IMG/VR virus record: IMGVR_UViG_3300045285_000046
Span: 1 to 26,919 of that record
Origin: a virus
Lineage: Duplodnaviria > Caudoviricetes
Length of the DNA: 26,919 nt
Reading direction: 5' to 3' (one strand)
Below the pieces are notes generated by a model. It was given only the letters and a program-made list of their open reading frames with translations. It was not told the origin of the DNA and made no database searches. The translations under genes were made by a program, and so were the position numbers. Numbering within the stretch: position 1 is the first letter of the stretch; each line of letters starts with the position of its first letter. This document shows positions 25,050 to 26,919 of this stretch, piece by piece.

Positions 25050-25263
25050 CCAGCTTCGCCCCTTTGTGATACACGCTGTTGACCTTCTGCCGAATCGTAT
25101 TTCCTTTTCCTTGTTCCTGCGCCTTCTGCAAGAAGACTTGCGTACCCTTTGACTTGCCGTAGAACTGAGTGAAATGTTCGTAGGCATGCTGAGCACCCTT
25201 CGACTGCTTCGTAATGTCGAAAGGTAATTCAACCCCAAGAGCTATCGCCTGAGCCTTAGTCAT
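25018..25263 (-). CDS. Lys-rich hypothetical protein, 81 aa
   Basis: GGAGG SD, ATGA overlap with upstream stop. Confidence 0.72.
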   Translation of the reverse strand: MTKAQAIALGVELPFDITKQSKGAQHAYEHFTQFYGKSKGTQVFLQKAQEQGKGNTIRQKVNSVYHKGAKLGATKATDKGN

Positions 25264-25880
25264 CGTTCCTCCACCCGGACAGGGCCAGCCAAACCTCCAT
25301 CGGTGTCTTCGGCATATCCAAATTCAGCCACGGTCTTGCGTAGCTGCTGAATTTCAGCCAAAAGACGTTGCAATGAATCACGCTCGACTGTAATCCATCG
25401 TCCTCCTGAATCTGCTTGACCCTGAAGATCGTCCAGCTCTCCCTGTGTTAAATCATCATTCACCGAAGTTCTCCTTCCAAACTCTGAAATTCCAAAACCA
25501 GCACCTTCTTGCGGAGTTGCTTGCAAGACAGCGGGGCAATTTGGATCGTGATTACCGAAAGGATCGGTGCCACAGGTGCAAGCGACGTACTTACGACCCT
25601 GCGCGACAGACGCCACGCTCGGGTACTTCACCGGGCACTCGTCCGGATAGCAATCGCACCTGTTGACCGCGCAGTCCTCGCAGTAAGCGTCCATGCGCCC
25701 TTCCCACGGGTCAGGGTCGCGCGGCTCGACCGTGCGCCCACAATGACAGGTCGCGGCAGACTCGCCGGGGCGCGGTCGCTTCTCGCACGGGCCGGGATCA
25801 TTCGCGGGCAGGCCACAGAACACGCAGCAGCCCATCGACTCCATCGTGGACGCATGAGGCATCGCTATAGGCTCGCTCAC
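25260..25880 (-). CDS. Cys-rich, probably chimeric hypothetical protein, ~206 aa
   Basis: AAGGAG SD and GTGA overlap; several CxC/CxxC clusters; internal SD+GTG at 25463. Confidence 0.65.
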   Translation of the reverse strand: MSEPIAMPHASTMESMGCCVFCGLPANDPGPCEKRPRPGESAATCHCGRTVEPRDPDPWEGRMDAYCEDCAVNRCDCYPDECPVKYPSVASVAQGRKYVACTCGTDPFGNHDPNCPAVLQATPQEGAGFGISEFGRRTSVNDDLTQGELDDLQGQADSGGRWITVERDSLQRLLAEIQQLRKTVAEFGYAEDTDGGLAGPVRVEER

Positions 25881-26092
25881 CACGGCTCCTTAGTCAGACC
25901 GAGCCGGTACGCGAGCTTCCATACCCGGTAGTGCTGGATCGTGTGACGCCGCCACCACGGACGACGCCGGTAAGCTACGAAGCGTTCGCTGTTCTTCTTC
26001 TGACACGACGTGCAGACCGCAGCGTCGCCAGCACGAGCCCAATGCGCACCGCCATCGCAGCGAGGGCAAGCGGCAGACCGATCAGCTTGCAC
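25877..26092 (-). CDS. Zn-ribbon hypothetical protein, ~71 aa
   Basis: GTG 26092; CPRC...CTSC then an Arg/Trp-rich tail; stop overlaps next start. Confidence 0.55.
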   Translation of the reverse strand: MQADRSAACPRCDGGAHWARAGDAAVCTSCQKKNSERFVAYRRRPWWRRHTIQHYRVWKLAYRLGLTKEPW

Positions 26093-26363
26093 GCTTCGCC
26101 TCGACGTAGGACTTCCAGCCGTCCTCAGCCCGCATCGTCTCCGCGCCAAGCTCTCGGTCGTACCGAAGCAGAAGGCGCTTCGCCAGCCACGCGCCCAGGC
26201 GTTCGCGGAGGCCACGCGGTCGCAGAAACTCGGCGCGGGTCGGGCGACCGGGCCACTCCGTCCGCAACTCGCCACGCGGTTGAATGAGCATGGTCGGCTC
26301 CTCTCGCTCGGTAGTAGCGGCAATTTCATCGTTACGATCATTTACAGGTGGCAAACTACTCAT
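26082..26363 (-). CDS. Hypothetical protein (93 aa, or 69 aa from ATG 26291)
   Basis: ATGA overlap at 26363; GAGGAG SD before ATG 26291. Confidence 0.6.
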   Translation of the reverse strand: MSSLPPVNDRNDEIAATTEREEPTMLIQPRGELRTEWPGRPTRAEFLRPRGLRERLGAWLAKRLLLRYDRELGAETMRAEDGWKSYVEAKRAS

Positions 26364-26578
26364 CTCCTCGATACAGGCTTCGGATGTAATTGAGCTTTGT
26401 AAACCATGCGGCCACGATACACCTGACCCTTCCGCTCGACAACATCATCGGTCACTTCCCATTGCCCAAGGTTAACGCCTGAAACTTCCATGACCTTTGT
26501 AGCCACAGCGATCAGCTCGTCAACACATTGCTCTCGTGTATGACCAAGACCTTCAAGACGGAAATGTGTAATCACCAC
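26360..26578 (-). CDS. Hypothetical protein, 72 aa
   Basis: Coupled to both neighbours; globular alpha/beta pattern. Confidence 0.7.
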   Translation of the reverse strand: MVITHFRLEGLGHTREQCVDELIAVATKVMEVSGVNLGQWEVTDDVVERKGQVYRGRMVYKAQLHPKPVSRR

Positions 26579-26829
26579 GGCCTCGGCATTGCTCGCTTAA
26601 CTCTCTTCACGTTCTTCCTCGCTTCTGAAATTCTACTTTCCAGAACGTCGTCAATGCGAGCTACTTGTTCTTCTGTCTCCGCTTCGTACCTTGCACGCTC
26701 CAACCGTTTGCGAGCGACCCTCAGCTTTATCTCTTCCTGAAACTCAGGGTAGTGGTATTTCATCCAGCCGTAGGTACGACCGACCAACACGCCTAAGAGG
26801 AAGATGAAAATGTAGAAGAGGATAGTCAC
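26572..26829 (-). CDS. Single-pass membrane protein with coiled coil, 85 aa
   Basis: AAGGAG SD; N-terminal ILFYIFIFLLGVLVG followed by a charged helix. Confidence 0.75.
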   Translation of the reverse strand: MTILFYIFIFLLGVLVGRTYGWMKYHYPEFQEEIKLRVARKRLERARYEAETEEQVARIDDVLESRISEARKNVKRVKRAMPRPW

Positions 26830-26919
26830 TGAATCGACTCCTTGAACAGATCAAGGACACGCAGGCAAGCCTCAGCTTGTAATTCCGGCGAGTAACTATC
26901 TGCGGCTGGGCCTTCAATC
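26826..26919 (-). CDS. C-terminus of a gene entering from beyond the window
   Basis: ...IEGPAADSYSPELQAEACLRVLDLFKESIQ*, with TGA overlapping the next GTG. Confidence 0.55.
   Translation of the reverse strand, partial: IEGPAADSYSPELQAEACLRVLDLFKESIQ

Larger units (their letters stand above)
1..26919 (-). mobile_element. Myovirus-like phage/prophage packaging, head, neck, tail and baseplate module (extends beyond both window ends)
   Basis: Co-oriented, tightly coupled genes (TAATG/ATGA/GTGA overlaps) in the order terminase-portal-protease-capsid-neck-sheath-tube-chaperone-tape measure-baseplate. No integrase or att seen, so free phage versus prophage cannot be decided. Confidence 0.96.

Noticed and set aside
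26572-26829. Holin call for the single-TM protein
   Set aside because: No adjacent endolysin; one TM helix alone is not diagnostic.
1-26919. Alternative genetic code, introns or inteins
   Set aside because: Core genes are intact and of ordinary length in the standard code, TAA, TAG and TGA all end coupled genes, and no intein-sized insertion was seen in TerL or portal.

Overview
The window is a contiguous minus-strand virion morphogenesis region of a contractile-tailed (myovirus-like) dsDNA phage or prophage, about 55% GC by sampling a few lines. In transcription order (right to left) it holds: small accessory ORFs including a ~70% GC patch; a terminator; a lambda-GpA-type large terminase; an HTH TerS-like gene; an SPP1-type portal; four very basic small proteins; prohead protease with a nested scaffold; a protein with an E3-binding-like domain; decoration protein; major capsid; a fibre/appendage cassette; neck proteins; sheath; tube; a frameshifting tail chaperone; tape measure; LysM protein; a hub-transglycosylase-NlpC/P60 fusion; short spike; gp25-like wedge; and baseplate J (cut by the window edge). 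Several real genes under 60 aa are missing from the ORF track, and many track starts are too long. The most notable signals are a recurrent [S/G]-E-M putative maturation-cleavage motif in protease/scaffold and capsid leader, protamine-like micro-ORFs, a -1 slippery site with an upstream SD, a 27-repeat cationic fibre, and strong AATT enrichment that vanishes in the high-GC patch. All product calls are from motif recognition and synteny, not database searches. No rRNA, tRNA, CRISPR array, integrase or att site was seen.
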